From the NCBI RefSeq assembly GCF_009914755.1, contig NC_060927.1: 64,000 bases of DNA; one strand, 5' to 3'. Positions 1-14,899 of this stretch are shown piece after piece. The notes beneath the pieces are model-generated. The model was not told where the DNA came from, ran no database searches, and saw nothing but the letters and a program-made list of their open reading frames with translations. A program made the position numbers and the translations under genes. The first letter of the stretch is position 1, and each line of letters starts with the position of its first letter. Source of the DNA: the human T2T-CHM13v2.0 reference genome, Homo sapiens.

Positions 1-140
1 AAGGATGAAGTATTGTGGTGTTTTTAAAATACTTTTTCGTGGGAATTACTATTGACTGATGATATCCAATCAAAACTCTATTGTCTTATTTCAGTAAGGG
101 TAACAGGAGGGACCTATGTTTATCGAAAAAAATGTGTAGC

Positions 141-1257
141 TGGGCAAGGACTTCATGTCTAAAACACCAACAGCAATGGCAACAAAAGCCAAACTTGACA
201 AATGGAATCTAATTAAACTAAAGAGCTTCTGCACAGCAAAAGAAACTACCATCAGAGTGAACAGGCAACCTACAAAATAGGAGAAAATTTTCACAACCTG
301 CTCATCTGACAAAGGGCTAATATCCAGAATCTACAATGAACTTAAACAAATTTACAAGAAAAAAACAAACAACCCCATCAAAAAGTGGGCAAAGGATATG
401 AACAGACACTTCTCAAAAGAAGACATTTATGCAGCCAAAAGACACATGAAAAAATGCTCATCATCACTGGCCATCAGAGAAATGCAAATCAAAACCATAA
501 TGAGATACTATCTCACACCAGTTAGAATGGCAATCATTAAAAAGTCAGGAAACAACAGGTGCTGGAGAGGATGTGGAGAAATAGGAACACTTTTACACTG
601 TTGGTGGGACTGTAAACTAGTTCAACCATTGTGGAAGTCAGTGTGGTCATTCCTCAGGGATCTAGAACTAGAAATACCATTTGACCCAGCCATCCCATTA
701 CTGGGTATATACCCAAAGGACTATAAATTATGCTGCTATAAAGACACATGCATACGTATGTTTATTGCGGCACTATTCACAATAGCAAAGACTTGGAACC
801 AACCCAAATGTCCAACAATGATAGACTGGATTAAGCAAATGTGGCACATATACACCATAGAATACTGTGCAGCCATAAAAAATGATGAGTTCATGTCCTT
901 TGTAGGGACATGGATGAAACTGGAAATCATCATTCTCAGTAAACTATCGCAAGGACAAAAAGCCAAATACCACATGTTCTCACTCATAGATGGGATTTGA
1001 ACAATGAGAACACATGGACACAGGAAGGGGAACATCACACTCTGGGGACTGTTTTGGGGCTGGGGGAGGGGTGAGGGATAGCATTAGGAGATATACCTAA
1101 TGCTAAATGATGAGTTAATGGGTGCAGCACACCAGCATGGCACATGTATACAAGTGTAACTAACCTGCACATTGTGCACATGTACCCTAAAACTTAAAGT
1201 ATAATAATAATAAAAAATAAAAAAATTAAAAATAAAAATAAAAATAAACTAAAGGCA
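141..1257 (+). mobile_element. 5'-truncated young L1PA (L1PA3/4-like): ORF2 C-terminus, 3'UTR and A-rich tail
   Basis: ORF 398-1000 is the L1 ORF2p C-terminus ([27 protein letters not shown]). It has the L1PA 3' end (cacatgtaccctaaaacttaaagtataataa) and a TSD aaaaaaatgtgtagctgg at 126-143 and 1258-1275. Confidence 0.95.
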
Positions 1258-1417
1258 AAAAAAATGTGTAGCTGGAATCAAGCTTTGGAAGAATTTTCTC
1301 AAAACATTTAACCTACAGAGGAGGTGAAGCAAGATGGCTGAATAGAAGCCTCCAATGATCATTCTCCCCAAAGGAACACCAAATTCAACATCTATCTACA
1401 TTAAAAAGACATCTTCA

Positions 1418-1744
<327 letters not shown>

Positions 1745-4700
1745 CCTTCATAAGAACCAAAATTCTGGTGAGTAATCACAGTATCTGGTTACAACTTCAT
1801 ATCATTAAAAGATGTGCTAAGGAGGGTAGGAAACACAGTTTTGAATTGCTGATGTCACCCCTCACATATCCTCTGGCAGCAGCACTATGGCAAGGAGAGA
1901 GGATACATGTGCTTAGGGGAGGGAGAGAACACTGATTGTGGGACTTTTCATTGGAACTCTGTGCTGGCCTGTCAGAGGGGAAAGCAACACCAGGCAGAAC
2001 TCAGTGCCCACAGAGGAAACATTTAGACCAGTCATAGCCAGCACGGAATTGCTCATCCCAACAGTTGGTACCTGAGTTCTGGCAAGCCTCGACACTACAG
2101 TCTAAAGTGCTCTGTCACCTTAAATAAACTTGAAAGGCAGTCTAGGCCACAAGGACCATAATTCCTGGGCAAGTCCTACTGCTGTGTTAGGCTAAGAGCC
2201 AGTGGACCTGAGGGGCATGCAACCTAGTGAGAAACCAGCTGCGGTGACCAAGCAAGTGTTTGTGCCACTCCTCCCCCAACCCCAGGTTGTACATTCTTGC
2301 AGATCCAGGAATGACTGCAAATCCAGGAATCATTCCTTCCTTCCACTTGAGGAGCAGAAAGGAAAAAGTAAAGAGGACTTTGATCTGCAATTTGGATACC
2401 AGCTCAATCAGAGTAGGACAGGGCACCAGGAGGCCCCAGTTCCAGGTCCAAGTTCCTGGATGACATTTCTAGACACACCCTGGGCCAGAAAGGAACCTGC
2501 TGCCTTGAAGGGAAGAGCCCAGTCCTGGCAGGATTCATCCCTTGCTATTTAAAGTGCTCTTGGGCCCTGAATAGTCATCAGTGGTACCCAGGCAGTACTC
2601 ACCATGGGCCTTGGGTAAGACTCAGAGATGTGCTGGTTTCAGATGTGACCCATTACATTCACAGCTGTGGTGGCTATAGTGGAACATTCATTCTGCTTGA
2701 GGAAAAAAAAACGGAAGAATAAAGGAGACTTTGTCTTGCAGCTTAGGTACCAGTTTGGCCACAGTGGGATAGAGTACTAAGCAGGATCTTGTGGTCTCTG
2801 AGTCTAGGCTTTGGCTCTTGGATGGCATTTCTGGTCCTTTATCGGCCAGAGAGATACCCACTGCTCTGAAAGAGAGTCCCAGACTTGGCAGCATTCACCA
2901 CAAGCTGACTAATGAGCCTTTGCGTTTGGATTGAACATTAGCAGTAGCCAGGCAGTACTCATCATGGGACTGGGGCAGTAGTAGCCATGAGGAGAGACAC
3001 CTCTAATTGTAGAAAGGAAAGAGAATAGTGAGAAAGACTTTGTCTTGTGGCTTGGGTGCAAGTTCAGCCACAGAACAGAGAACCAGGTAAATTCTTACGG
3101 TTTCTGACTTTAGGTTCTGGCTCCCACATAGCATCTATGAATCCACCTGTGGATGAGGGAAACTCACTGCCCTGAAGGGAAGGAAAGAATACTGGAGGGC
3201 TTTGCCACCTGCTCTTTGTAAAGCTCTAAGGCCTTGAGTGAACATAGGCAGTAGTCAGGTAGTGGTTACCATGGGCCTTGGGTATGACCCAGTGCTGTGC
3301 TGGCTTCAGTTCTAACCCAGCACAGCCCCAGTAGTGTATGGCACCCAAACCCCAGCTTCAGGCAGCTCAGCAGAGTGACAGAGACACCATTTGTTTTGGA
3401 GAAAGTAAGGGAAGAGAACAAGAGTCTCTACCAGATAACCCCGGGAATTCTTCCAGATCTTATCCAAGACCACCAAGGTTTTACCTCTTTGTGAGAACCA
3501 CAGTGTTACTTGGCTTGGATTGCCTCCTAATACAGATATGGCTGTAGTGACCAAAAACTTAGATTAAAACACCCAAGTTCCTTCAAATACCCATAAAGTC
3601 TTCCCAAGAAGGATGGGTACAAATAAGCCCAGACTGCAAAGACAATAATAAATACCAGACATTGAAAGACATCCACAAGCTTCAAGACAATCCAGAAAAT
3701 CATGACCTACCAAATGAACTAAGTAAGACACCAGGAATCCATCCATGAGAAGCAGAGATATGTGACCTTTCAAACAGTGAATTCAAAATAGCTGCTTTGA
3801 GGAAACTCCACGAATTTTGAGATAACACACAAAAAAAGAACTCAGAATCCCGTCAGATAAATTTAACAAAGCGACTGAAATAATTTAAAAGAATCAAGCA
3901 GAAATTCTGGAGTTGAAAAATGCAATTGAAATAAATAGAACTGATCAAGCATAAGAAAGTATTAGTGAGCTTGAAGACAGGATATTTGAAAATACACCAT
4001 CAGAGGAGATGAAAGAAAAAAAAATACAAAAGAATGAAGCATGCCTAAAAGATGTAGAAAATAGCCTTAAAAGAGAAAATCTAAGAGGTATTGGCCTTAA
4101 GGAGTAGATAAAAAGAGAGATGGGGTAGAAAGTTTATTCAAAGGGATAATAACAGAGAACTTCTCAAACCTACAGAAAGATATCAATATCCAAGTACAAG
4201 AAGGTTATAGAACACCAAATATATTTAACCTAAAGAAGCCTACCTAAAGACATTTAGCAATCAAACTCCCTAAGGTCAAAAATAAAGAAAGAATTCTAAA
4301 AGCAGCAAGAGAAAATTAAAAAAAATAACATACAATGGAGCTCCGATATGTCTTGCAAAAGACTTTTCAGTAGAAACCTTACAGGCCAGGAGAGAGTGGC
4401 ATGACATACTTGAAGTGCTGAAGAAAAAAACTTTTATCTTAGAATAATACAAACAGTGAAGATATCCTTCAAACATGAAGGAGAAATAACGATTTTCCCA
4501 GACAAACAAAAGTTGAGGGAGTTCACCAACATCAGACCTGTCCTATAATAAATGCTAAAGGGAGTTCTTCAATCTGACGGAAAAGAACATTAATGAGCAA
4601 TAAGAAATAATGTGAAGATGCAAGACTCACTGGTAATAGTAAGTACACAGAGAAACAGAACAACACTGTAATTGTGGCATATAAATTACCCACATCTTGA

Positions 4701-6480
4701 ATAGAAAGACTAAATATGAAGTGATCAATAATCAAAACTACAACTTTTCAAGCATAGACAGTACAATAAGATACAGATAGAAACAATAAAAAATTGAAAA
4801 GTGGGGAGATAAAGTTAAAGTGAATTGTATTTGTTTATCTTTGTTGATTTGTTTGTTTGCCTATGCAATCAGTGTTAATTTATCATTAGTTTAAAGTAAT
4901 GGGTTATAAGATAGTATTGGCAAGCTTCATGGCAATCTCAAATCACAAAACCTTCACCAGATACACAAAAAAATAAAAATCAAGAAATTAAAACATGCCA
5001 CCAAAGAAAAATCACCTTCACTAAATGGAAAACAAGAAGGAAGAAAAGAAGAGAAGACAGAATACCACCAAAAAAACCAGAAAACAAATAACAAAATGGC
5101 AAGAGTAAGACCTTACTGATGAACAATAACATGGAATATAAATAGACTAAACTCTCCAATCAAAAGATATATAGTGGCTGAATAGATTTTTTTAAAAAGA
5201 CCCAATGATTTGTTGCATACAGGAAACACACCTCACCTATAAAGACACACATAGATTGAAAATAATGGGATGGAAAAAGATGTTGCATGCAAATGGAAAC
5301 AAAAAAAAAGGAGGAATAGCTATACTTATATCAGACAACATAGATTTTAAGGCAAAAAGTATAAAAGGGCACTAAGAAGGTTATGTGATTATAAAGAGGT
5401 CAACTCAGCAATAAGATATAATTATTGTAAATATATATGCAGTCAACACTAGAGCACCCAGATATATAAAGCAAATATTACTAGAGCTGAAGAGAGATAG
5501 ACCCCAATACAATAATAGCTGGAGACTTCAACATCCCACTTTCAGCATTGGACAGGTCTTTCAGACACAAAATCAACAAAGAAACATTAAATGTGATTTG
5601 CCCTATAGACCAAATGGACCTAATAGATATTTGCAGAACATTTCATCCAACAGTTGCAGAATACACATTATTCTCCTATGCACATAGATCGCTCTCAAGG
5701 ATAGACTATATGTTATGGCACAAAACAAGTCTCAAAGAATTAAAAAAAAAAGAAATATCAAGTATCATCTCTTAACATAATGGAATAAAATTAGAAGTCA
5801 ATAACAAGAGGAACTCTGGAAACTATGCAAGCACATAGAAATTAAACAATATGTACCTGAATGACCAGTAAGTCAATGAAGAAAACTGAAAATTTTCTTG
5901 AAACAAACAAAAATGAAAATGCAACATATACCAAAACCTATAGGATGCAGCAAAATTGGTACTAAGAAAGTTTATAGCCATAAGTGTCTACATACAAAAA
6001 CATAGATAAACTTCAAATAAACAACAGAACAATGCATCCTAAAGAATTAGAAAAGCAAGAGCAAACCAAATCCAAAATTAGTAGAAGGAAATAAACAATA
6101 AAAATTAGAGCAGAAATAAATGAAAAAGAAAAAAGGAAAACAATACAAAAATCAAGGAAATGAGAAGTTGGTTTTATAGAAGGATAAACAAAATTGACAA
6201 ACCATTAGCCAGACTACCTAAGAAAAAAAGACGAAAACCCAAATAAATAAAATCAGAGATAAAAAAGGAGACATTACAATTGATACCACAGAAACGCAAA
6301 TGATTATTACGGACTACTATGAGTAACCATATGTAAATAAATTTGAAAATGTAGAAGAAATGGATAAAATCCTAGATACCACCTCCCCAGATTGAACCAT
6401 GCAGAAATCCAAAACCTGATCAGACCAATAACAAGTAAGGAGACTGAAGCTTTAATAAGAAGTCTCCAAACAAGGAAAAA

Positions 6481-6661
6481 CCCGTCAGATAAATTTAACA
6501 AACAGACTGAAATAATTTAAAAGAATCAGGCAGAAATTCTGGAGCTGAAAGATGCAATTGAAATAATAAAGATTACATCAGAATCTCTTAATAGCAGAAC
6601 TGATCGAGCATAAGAAAGTATTAGTGAGCTTGAAGATGGGATATTTGAAAACATACAGTCA
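6481..6661 (+). repeat. Copy of the same L1's ORF1 segment (3849-4002) inserted into ORF2
   Basis: Direct match cccgtcagataaatttaacaaa...attagtgagcttgaaga between 3849-4002 and 6481-6661. Confidence 0.9.
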
Positions 6662-9429
6662 ATTGGCTTCATTGCTGAATTTTACCAAATATCTAAAGAA
6701 TAACTTAACATCAATCCTCCTAAAACTATCCCAAAAAATAGAGCTGGGAGGAATACTCATTCTACAAGGCCAGTATTACTTTGCTACCAAAGACATATCA
6801 AAAAAAGACTACAGGCCAATATTCCTGATGAGCATTCATGCAAAAATCCACAAAATAGTAGCAAGCCAAATTCAACATCACATTAAAAAAATCATTCATC
6901 ATGACCAAGTTGGATTTATCCCAGGGATGTAAGGATGGTTTGGCATATGCATATCAATCAGTGTGATACATCATATCAACAGAATTAAAGACAAAACCCA
7001 TATGATCATTTGAATTGATGCAGAAAAAACATTTGATAAAATTCAATACCCCTTTATGATAAAAACCCTCAAAAAACTGGATATAGAAGAAACATATCTC
7101 AACATAATAAAAGCCATAGATGAAAGACCCACAGCTAGTATCATACTAAATGGGGAATAATAAAAGCCTTTTTTCTAATATCTGGAAAATGACAGGGATG
7201 TCCACTTTTACCACTTTTAGTCAACATGGTACTAGAAGTCTAGCTAGAGCAATCAGACAAGAGAAAGAAATAAAGGGTATCCAAATTGGAAAGGAAGAAG
7301 TCAAATTATTCTTGTTTGCAGATGATATGATCTTATATTTGGATGAACCTAAAGACTCTGCCAAAAAACTATGAGAACTCATCAACAAATTCAATAAAGT
7401 TGCAGGATACAAAATCAACATACAAAAAATCAGTAGCATTTCTATATACCAACAGTGAACAATCTGAAAAAAAATAAAAAATTAATTCCATTTACAATAG
7501 CCACACATAAAATTTTATACCTAGGAATTAACTTCACCAAAAAAGTGAAAGATCTCTGTAATGAAAACTATAAAACACTGATGAAAGAAATTGAAGATGA
7601 CACCAAAAAATGGAAATATATTCCATGTTCATGGGTTGGAAGAATCAATATTGTTAAAATTGTCTATACTACCTAAAGCAAACTACAGATTCAATGCAAT
7701 GCCTATCAAAATAGCAATGACATTCTTCACAGGAATAGAAAAAATCAATCCTAACATTTGAATGGAACTAAAAAAGACTCAGAATATACAAAGCTATCCT
7801 GAGCAAAAAAGAACAAAACTGGAAGAATCACAGTAACTGACTTCAAATTATACTACAGAGCTATAATAACCAAAACAGCATGGTACTAGCATAAAAATAC
7901 TCACATAGACCAATGGAACAGAATAGAGAACCCAGAAACAAATTCATACATCTATGTACAATGAGCTCATTTTCAAAAAAGGTGCCAAACACATACATTG
8001 AGGAAATGATAGTCTCTTCAATAAATGGTGCTGGGAAAACTGGATATTCATATGCAGAAATTGAAACTAGACCTCTGTCTCTCACCATATACAAAAGTCA
8101 AAATGGACTGAAGACTGAACTAGAATACCTGAAACTATGAAACTACTACAAGAAAACAATGGGCAGCACATTGGACTGGGCAAAGAGTTCTTGAGTAATA
8201 CCCCAAAAGCAGAGGCAATCAAAGCAAAAATGGATAAACAGAATCATATCAAGTTAGGAAGCTTCTGCACAGCAAACAATCAAAAAAGTGAAGAGACAAC
8301 CCACAGAATGGGAGAAAATATTTGCAAACTACCCATCTGACAAAGTATTAATTATCAGAATACATAAGAAACCCAAACAACTAATAGGAAAAAAATCTAA
8401 TAACCTGATTAAAAATCGGCAAAAGATATGATAGACATTTCTCAAAAGAAGACATACAAATCACTAACAGGTATATGAAAAGATGGTCAATATCAATGAT
8501 CGTCAGAGAAATACAAATCAAAACTACAATGAGATAACATCTTACTCCAGTTAAAATGGCTTATATCCAAATGATAGGCAATGAGAAATGCTGGTTAGTG
8601 TGTGTAGAAAAGGAAACTGCCATATACTGTTATTGGGAATGTAAATTAATACAAGCAGTGTGAGATAGCTTGGAGGTTCCTCAAGAAAATAAAAATAGAA
8701 CTACCATATGACCCAGCAATCCCACTGCTAGGTATATAGCCAAAAAAAAAAAAAAAAAAAGGAAAGAAAGAAAAGAAAAGCAGTATATAGAAGAGATATC
8801 TGCACTCCCATGTTTATTGCAGCACTATTCACAATAGTCAAGATTTGCAACCTAAGTGTCCATTGACAGATGAATGGATAAAGCAAATGTGCTACATATA
8901 CACAAAGGAGTACTATTCAGCCATTAAAAAGTATGCTCCTTTCATTTGCAACAACATGTATAAAACTGGAGGTCTTTATGTTAAGTAAAATAAGTCAGGC
9001 ACAGAAAGACAAACTTTGCATGTTCTCACTTATTTGTGGGAGCTAAAAATTAAAACGTTGAACTCATGGAGATAGAGTAGAAGAATGTCTACCAGAGGTT
9101 GGTGAGGATAGTAGGCAGGAAGGAGTGGTTATGGTTAATGGGTACAAAAATATAGTTAAGTAGAATGAATAAGATGTAGTATTTGATAGCACAACATTGT
9201 GACTGCAGTCAACAATAACTTATTGTACATTTAAAAATAACAGAGTATAATCAGATTGTTTGTAACACAAAGAAAGAATAAATGCTTGAGGCAATTGATA
9301 ACTCATTTACCCTGATCTGATTATTATGAATTGTATGCCTCTGTTAAAATATCTCATGTACCCCACAAATATATACCACCTACTACGTACCCACAAAATT
9401 ATTTTAAAATTTTTTAAAAGTTCATCTAT

Positions 9430-9977
9430 AAGATGTGCACTTGCTATAATGGTATGATATTTACCACATCTACTAAAGTACCTTCTACATGAGACTTATA
9501 TGAGGGCAATAGATAATGGTAACATCATGATATCCCCTTTATCCTTCTAGGTAGTTTGCACAGCAGCCTAGACCTGTTGCAGAGCCTTCTTGTATTCTGA
9601 GCCTCAATCAAACCAGCAACTTGTTGGGTTATTGGTTAAATGGGCCAGAGTAACTCACTCCAATTAGGAACATGTTGTCTCCAAAATTCAAAGAACCTAT
9701 TAAGGCTTTATGCCTCTTTCTAGCCTGCAGGATAGGTTCGATGGAACAACTTTTCCTTCACTTTAGAAGAGATAGCTCAACATGCCCCACACCACTGGAT
9801 CCCTAGAAATTTCACTGAAATAGAAAGTCCCTGAATATTTGTGAAATTTATTTCCAACTCTCTGGCATGCAAATATATTACCAATAAGTCTTGAGTAGTT
9901 GCTATTTCTTGCTTAATAGGACAATCAGCATGTCATCAGAATAATCAGCACAATGTCATCAGTATATCATCAGTGGA
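9430..9977 (-). mobile_element. ERV-L internal (pol/RT) fragment, copy A
   Basis: The reverse strand near 9946-9968 reads YTDDIVL (RT YxDD motif). Homologous to 27200-27745. Confidence 0.75.
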
Positions 9978-10004
9978 ATATGTCGTGGAAAAGAAAGAGG
10001 ATCA

Positions 10005-10285
10005 AGTTCCCGAATATTTGCAACTCATATATCCGACAAAAGAATTGTATCCAGAATATACAGCAAGCCCTCAAAATCAATGAAAAGAAACCTAATAACC
10101 CAATTTTATTAAATAAGCAAAATATTTTAACAGAAGAAACTTCACCAAAAATAATACAGATATGCCAAATAAGGTCATAAATACATGCTGGATCATTAGT
10201 CATCTTGGAAATGCAAATTAAAACCTCAATGAGATGCTATGAGCCACATATTTAAATTAACAAAATTGAAAAGATTATTTATACT
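10005..10285 (+). mobile_element. Old L1M ORF2 3' fragment, copy A
   Basis: gaattgtatccagaatata...gaaatgcaaattaaaacc; homologous to 27765-28035. Confidence 0.75.
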
Positions 10286-11008
10286 GAAAACAATGATGCA
10301 GACTTCTGTTAGTAAAAACTAGGAAACAAGTTGGGAGATAATTACATAACATTTAAAGGGGTAGTCAATTTAAGTCAAATTTTGGTTGGGTGAATAGCTA
10401 ACTCGGCACATCATATTGTTTACTCAACCTTTCTGCGGCGCATTCACAGTTACTTTGCTTCTATATAGGCAATTTTCTTCTGTATATTTTTTTCACTAGA
10501 AAAATTCTAAGAAAGTCAGATAATTGATTAATAAACCTACCAAAAGTTATGCCCTTTGCTTTCTCCCATCTTGCTGGTGGAGATTAAAGTTTTTAAAAAG
10601 TTAATGTGTAGGTAGTTACTTATCACTATTCAGATATCAAATCTAAATGCCAAAAATAAGGACATTTTTACTTTTCTGAATAAATGCTCATTGACAAATT
10701 TCTATGTTAATTCTCAAAAAGAAAATCTGAACGTATTACTACCACAATTACAATCTCTCAATAGTTTTCCTCCAAATTGAGATTAAAGAACAAAGTCTGT
10801 GACCTAGTCTCCAAACCCTGTGCAATCCCACTCATACTGCTTCTTTGGCCACATTTGGCTCCTTCCTGCTTCTCTCTTTGATTGCCAGCCACATCTGTCA
10901 TTTTTTGTTTCCCCAGTGATATAGGTTCTCTTATAATCTAGGCCCTCCAATGATGAATGTTATGTGGAAGGCAAGTGTCCACAGGCATCACTCAGACAGG
11001 AAGACTGC

Positions 11009-11650
<642 letters not shown>

Positions 11651-11844
11651 TAAACAAGATGACTCTTGAGCCCCACCTCAGAACTACTGAAACAGAATTT
11701 GCATTTTAACAGTGTCTCCAGGAAATTCATAGGCATTGAAATTTGGGAAGCACAGATCTATGCTCCCTCCACAGAGGTCCTTTGTCTTTTATTTTCTTTG
11801 CTCCTCCCCCTAACTTTTGCCTAGAAAAATTTCTCCTCAGACTT

Positions 11845-11908
11845 TTGGGGAGCTAAGTATATTTGGGGAGCTAGGTATATTTAGGTAAACTTGGGGAGCT
11901 AGGTATAT
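11845..11908. repeat. Short tandem repeat, 3 copies of ttggggagcta(a/g)gtatat
   Basis: Copies at 11845, 11863 and 11891. Confidence 0.9.
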
Positions 11909-11984
11909 GTCTGGAATTTGAGCTGCAGTTTGCATGAGGAGGACAACTTGGTGTTTGCTTCTGAAAGGAATTTAGATCTTTGGT

Positions 11985-12497
11985 TTTATTAAAATCATGT
12001 TTTAATTAACTCAGATGAGACCATACTAACCAAAGAACTCAGAGCATCAAATTATGTAAGTAAACCAAAGTTTGTACAAATATGTCAGTAGTGTCATCTG
12101 TGGTTAAAAAAAAAAAAAAAAGGCATAAAGTATAATTTCAATTCTTAAAACTAGAACTGTCTACAGTAACTTGATGTTTATGATTCTAAAGTCTGTAATC
12201 CCCTGTGGAACAATCTGAACTTTTCATACATGTCCAATCCTACAATGCCCAGTAGAACCCCTAACTTTGTCCTTAAGGGGATCCTCAAGCTCTCTTGGGA
12301 CAATTTCAGTTCTCCACTTTTTCCTGTTTTGGCAAAAGTGCACAGTTGTACAATTAGTTGACTTGGTGTTCAAGGAAAATTTATACACACGTTTCTTCAA
12401 CTTGGGAAATAAAACCTCTGAAACGAATCAGGGTGCCACGATTTCTACTTATGTTTTTGTCATTTTAGTGCTATAATTATGTTTATTTCTACTTTAG
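11985..12497 (+). promoter_or_regulatory. Putative promoter of the OR5H pseudogene
   Basis: Non-repetitive block conserved with 29030-29543. Contains TAATTA (12003) and EBF/Olf-1-like sites (taatcccctgtggaa 12196; tctcttggga 12291). Confidence 0.5.
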
Positions 12498-12545
12498 AAA
12501 ACCTAACACCTTTAAAGGATCTCCACAATTTCCTCCAAGAAATGG
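12498..12545 (+). other. Putative 48-nt non-coding 5' exon of the OR5H pseudogene
   Basis: Acceptor tttctactttAG and donor G|GTAAGA. The same length and splice sites are conserved at 29544-29591. Confidence 0.6.
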
Positions 12546-13909
12546 GTAAGAGTAAAATGATTTCTATAGTATTTATTATTCTTTAGGTAGAAAGTTTAAA
12601 ATTTGTTTAATAATAATTTAAGATTAGGTTTACAAGATGTCAGAATAGGTAGATATGAAAAGTATTAGTGAATTATCTGCATACTTTATTTTTTTTATTT
12701 TTTTGCATACTTTATTTTTACAATTAAAGTCTGTTCCCTACTTCTCTAGTAGTTAGAAAATAAAAATAATTAATAAAGCCTCAACAAGCAAAATAGCTGT
12801 AATACTGATTTGCTCCCTTCAGTGATGTTTTATTACCTTGTTAACCTAATTATAGTGACTTTATAAGGTAAGTTTTGGTGAACCAGAACAACTTAAAATT
12901 AAGTTTAAAGATTCAATTATAATGATCACTATATAAGATATCCTTTTGTCGATTCTGATAAAATAATCTATTGTTTAATTAAATACATGTTATGATTAAA
13001 ACTTTTAAGGTGTCACTTAATACTTAGTTTTTTACCCACTTTTGCAAATAATTTCACTATTTATATTTATTTATGTGCAGAAAATACATAAAAATGCAGA
13101 AAAATGTCCCACCAATGTTTGCTTTTTCCATATTTATGACTTAAAAAGTATCCACACACAAATAGAATTAGAGATTTTCAATTATTTTTCTATTGAGATT
13201 GCATGAATGGGGCCCAATTTGATTTAATTTAATTTAATTCAAAATTAAAATACATCTAAAAATCACTGAAATTATTGTTGTTGGCTATTTTTATAGCCTG
13301 TTTCAGGTTGCAGTCTTGGCTCAATATTATCTTGCTTAAAAAAAATTGTTGGAGAAGAAAGTGCTCTCAAGTAAAGCCAGCAGAATTCCTAAAGTCAGTT
13401 CTAACCACTAGAATAACAAAGACAAAATGACTTATATACAGAAAGAACTTTTAGACAGTGCTAGTGTATCTATGAATAATACAAAGTTTGTAAGTAAAAT
13501 TTAAAATTGGATCTTGTTTTCATACAAAAAGACCATATGAAACTAAAGTTTGAATTTTGAGTAACAGTAAAGAAAAGATTCCTAGAATTCACATCTAATT
13601 CACATCTTTTAATGAACTTTAGGGTTAAAACATCTATTTACCTCCAATCCTCTGTCTTTCTCTGATACTTCCTCTCTTCCTATTCTTCGGCTTTCCAACA
13701 CTCAGCTTTCCAGTTTCTTTTCTGCTTCTCTTGTCTTTTCTACATTCATTCATATATGCCTTTTTTGTTTTCTATTTTTCTCTTTTTTATTTTCTTTTCA
13801 CTACCCAGATTTTCTTTTCCACTTCTCTGGTTCCTTTCCTCCTCTCCTTGCCTTCCTTTCTTCTCCTTGCTTTTGAAAACTTTTATTAAAAAGGCTTACA
13901 GAAAATGTC

Positions 13910-14535
13910 TATTTTTAAGTTCAGGGGTGCATGTGCAGGTTTTTTACATAGGTAAACTTGTATCATTTGGGTTTGTTGTACAGATTATTTCATCACCCAG
14001 GTATTAAGCCTAGTACCCATTAGTTATTATATTTTTCCAGATCCTCTCCCTCCTCTAACCCTCCACCCTCTGACAGGCCCCAGTGTGTGTTGTTCTCCTC
14101 TATGTGTCCATGTGTTCTCATGATTTAGCTCCCACTTATAAGTGAGCATATGAAGTATTTGGTTTTTGGTTCCTGTGTTAGTTTACTAAGGATAATGGCC
14201 TCCAGTTCCATCCATGTCACTGCAAAAGACATGATCTCCTTCTTTTTTATGGCTGTATAGTATTCCATCATGTATATGTATCACATTTTCTTTATCCAGT
14301 CTATGATTGATGGACTGGATTCCGTCATTGATTCCATATCTTTGATATTGTGAACAGTGCTGCAGTGGGCACACACAGGCATGTGTCTTTATAGTAGAAC
14401 AATTTATATTCCTTTGGGTACATACCCAGTAATGAGATTGTTAGGTTGAATGATATTTCTGTCTTTAGGTTTTTGAGGAATCACCACTGTGTCTTCAGCA
14501 ATGGTTGGACTAATTTATTTACATTTCTACAACAG
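13910..14535 (-). mobile_element. L1PA 3' fragment (L1PA13-like)
   Basis: Antisense L1PA 3'UTR (ttcaggggtgcatgtgcagg...cccaggtattaagcctagtaccc). Absent from the paralogous copy B. Confidence 0.85.
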
Positions 14536-14899
14536 TAGGCAAATGGCAAATGTTGTTCACATTACTTGGAGTGCAGTGCTGTAGTTCATTCCCCTCATTT
14601 GTTGTGCCATTTGTTTCCCATTCACTTCTTATTTTTTTCTGACTTTAATTCTATCAGAAAATGCAAACTGCTCTCACTGAAGCCACTAAAAATCTCTAAT
14701 TTCCACAATCAGTGATCTCTATTCATATTTAGTCCAACCAGAGCATTTTTTCTGGCATTTTGCCCTGTACTTTGTCCTTCTTGAGTATATTTCCTATCTT
14801 TATGTCTACAACATTCAGCTTTCCAGTTTCCCTCCTGCTTCTTTGATCACTCTGCTCAGTATTTTTTTCTGACATCGCCCTTGTCTCTTTGTTTGAGCC

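Noticed and set aside
398-1000. 200-aa ORF as a host gene
   Set aside because: It is the C-terminus of L1 ORF2p in a 5'-truncated L1.
1045-1077. G-quadruplex-like G runs
   Set aside because: Standard feature of the L1PA 3'UTR.
1301-1317. TSD of the large L1MA (aaaacatttaacctaca versus aaaagttcatctata at ~9417)
   Set aside because: Too degenerate to assert.
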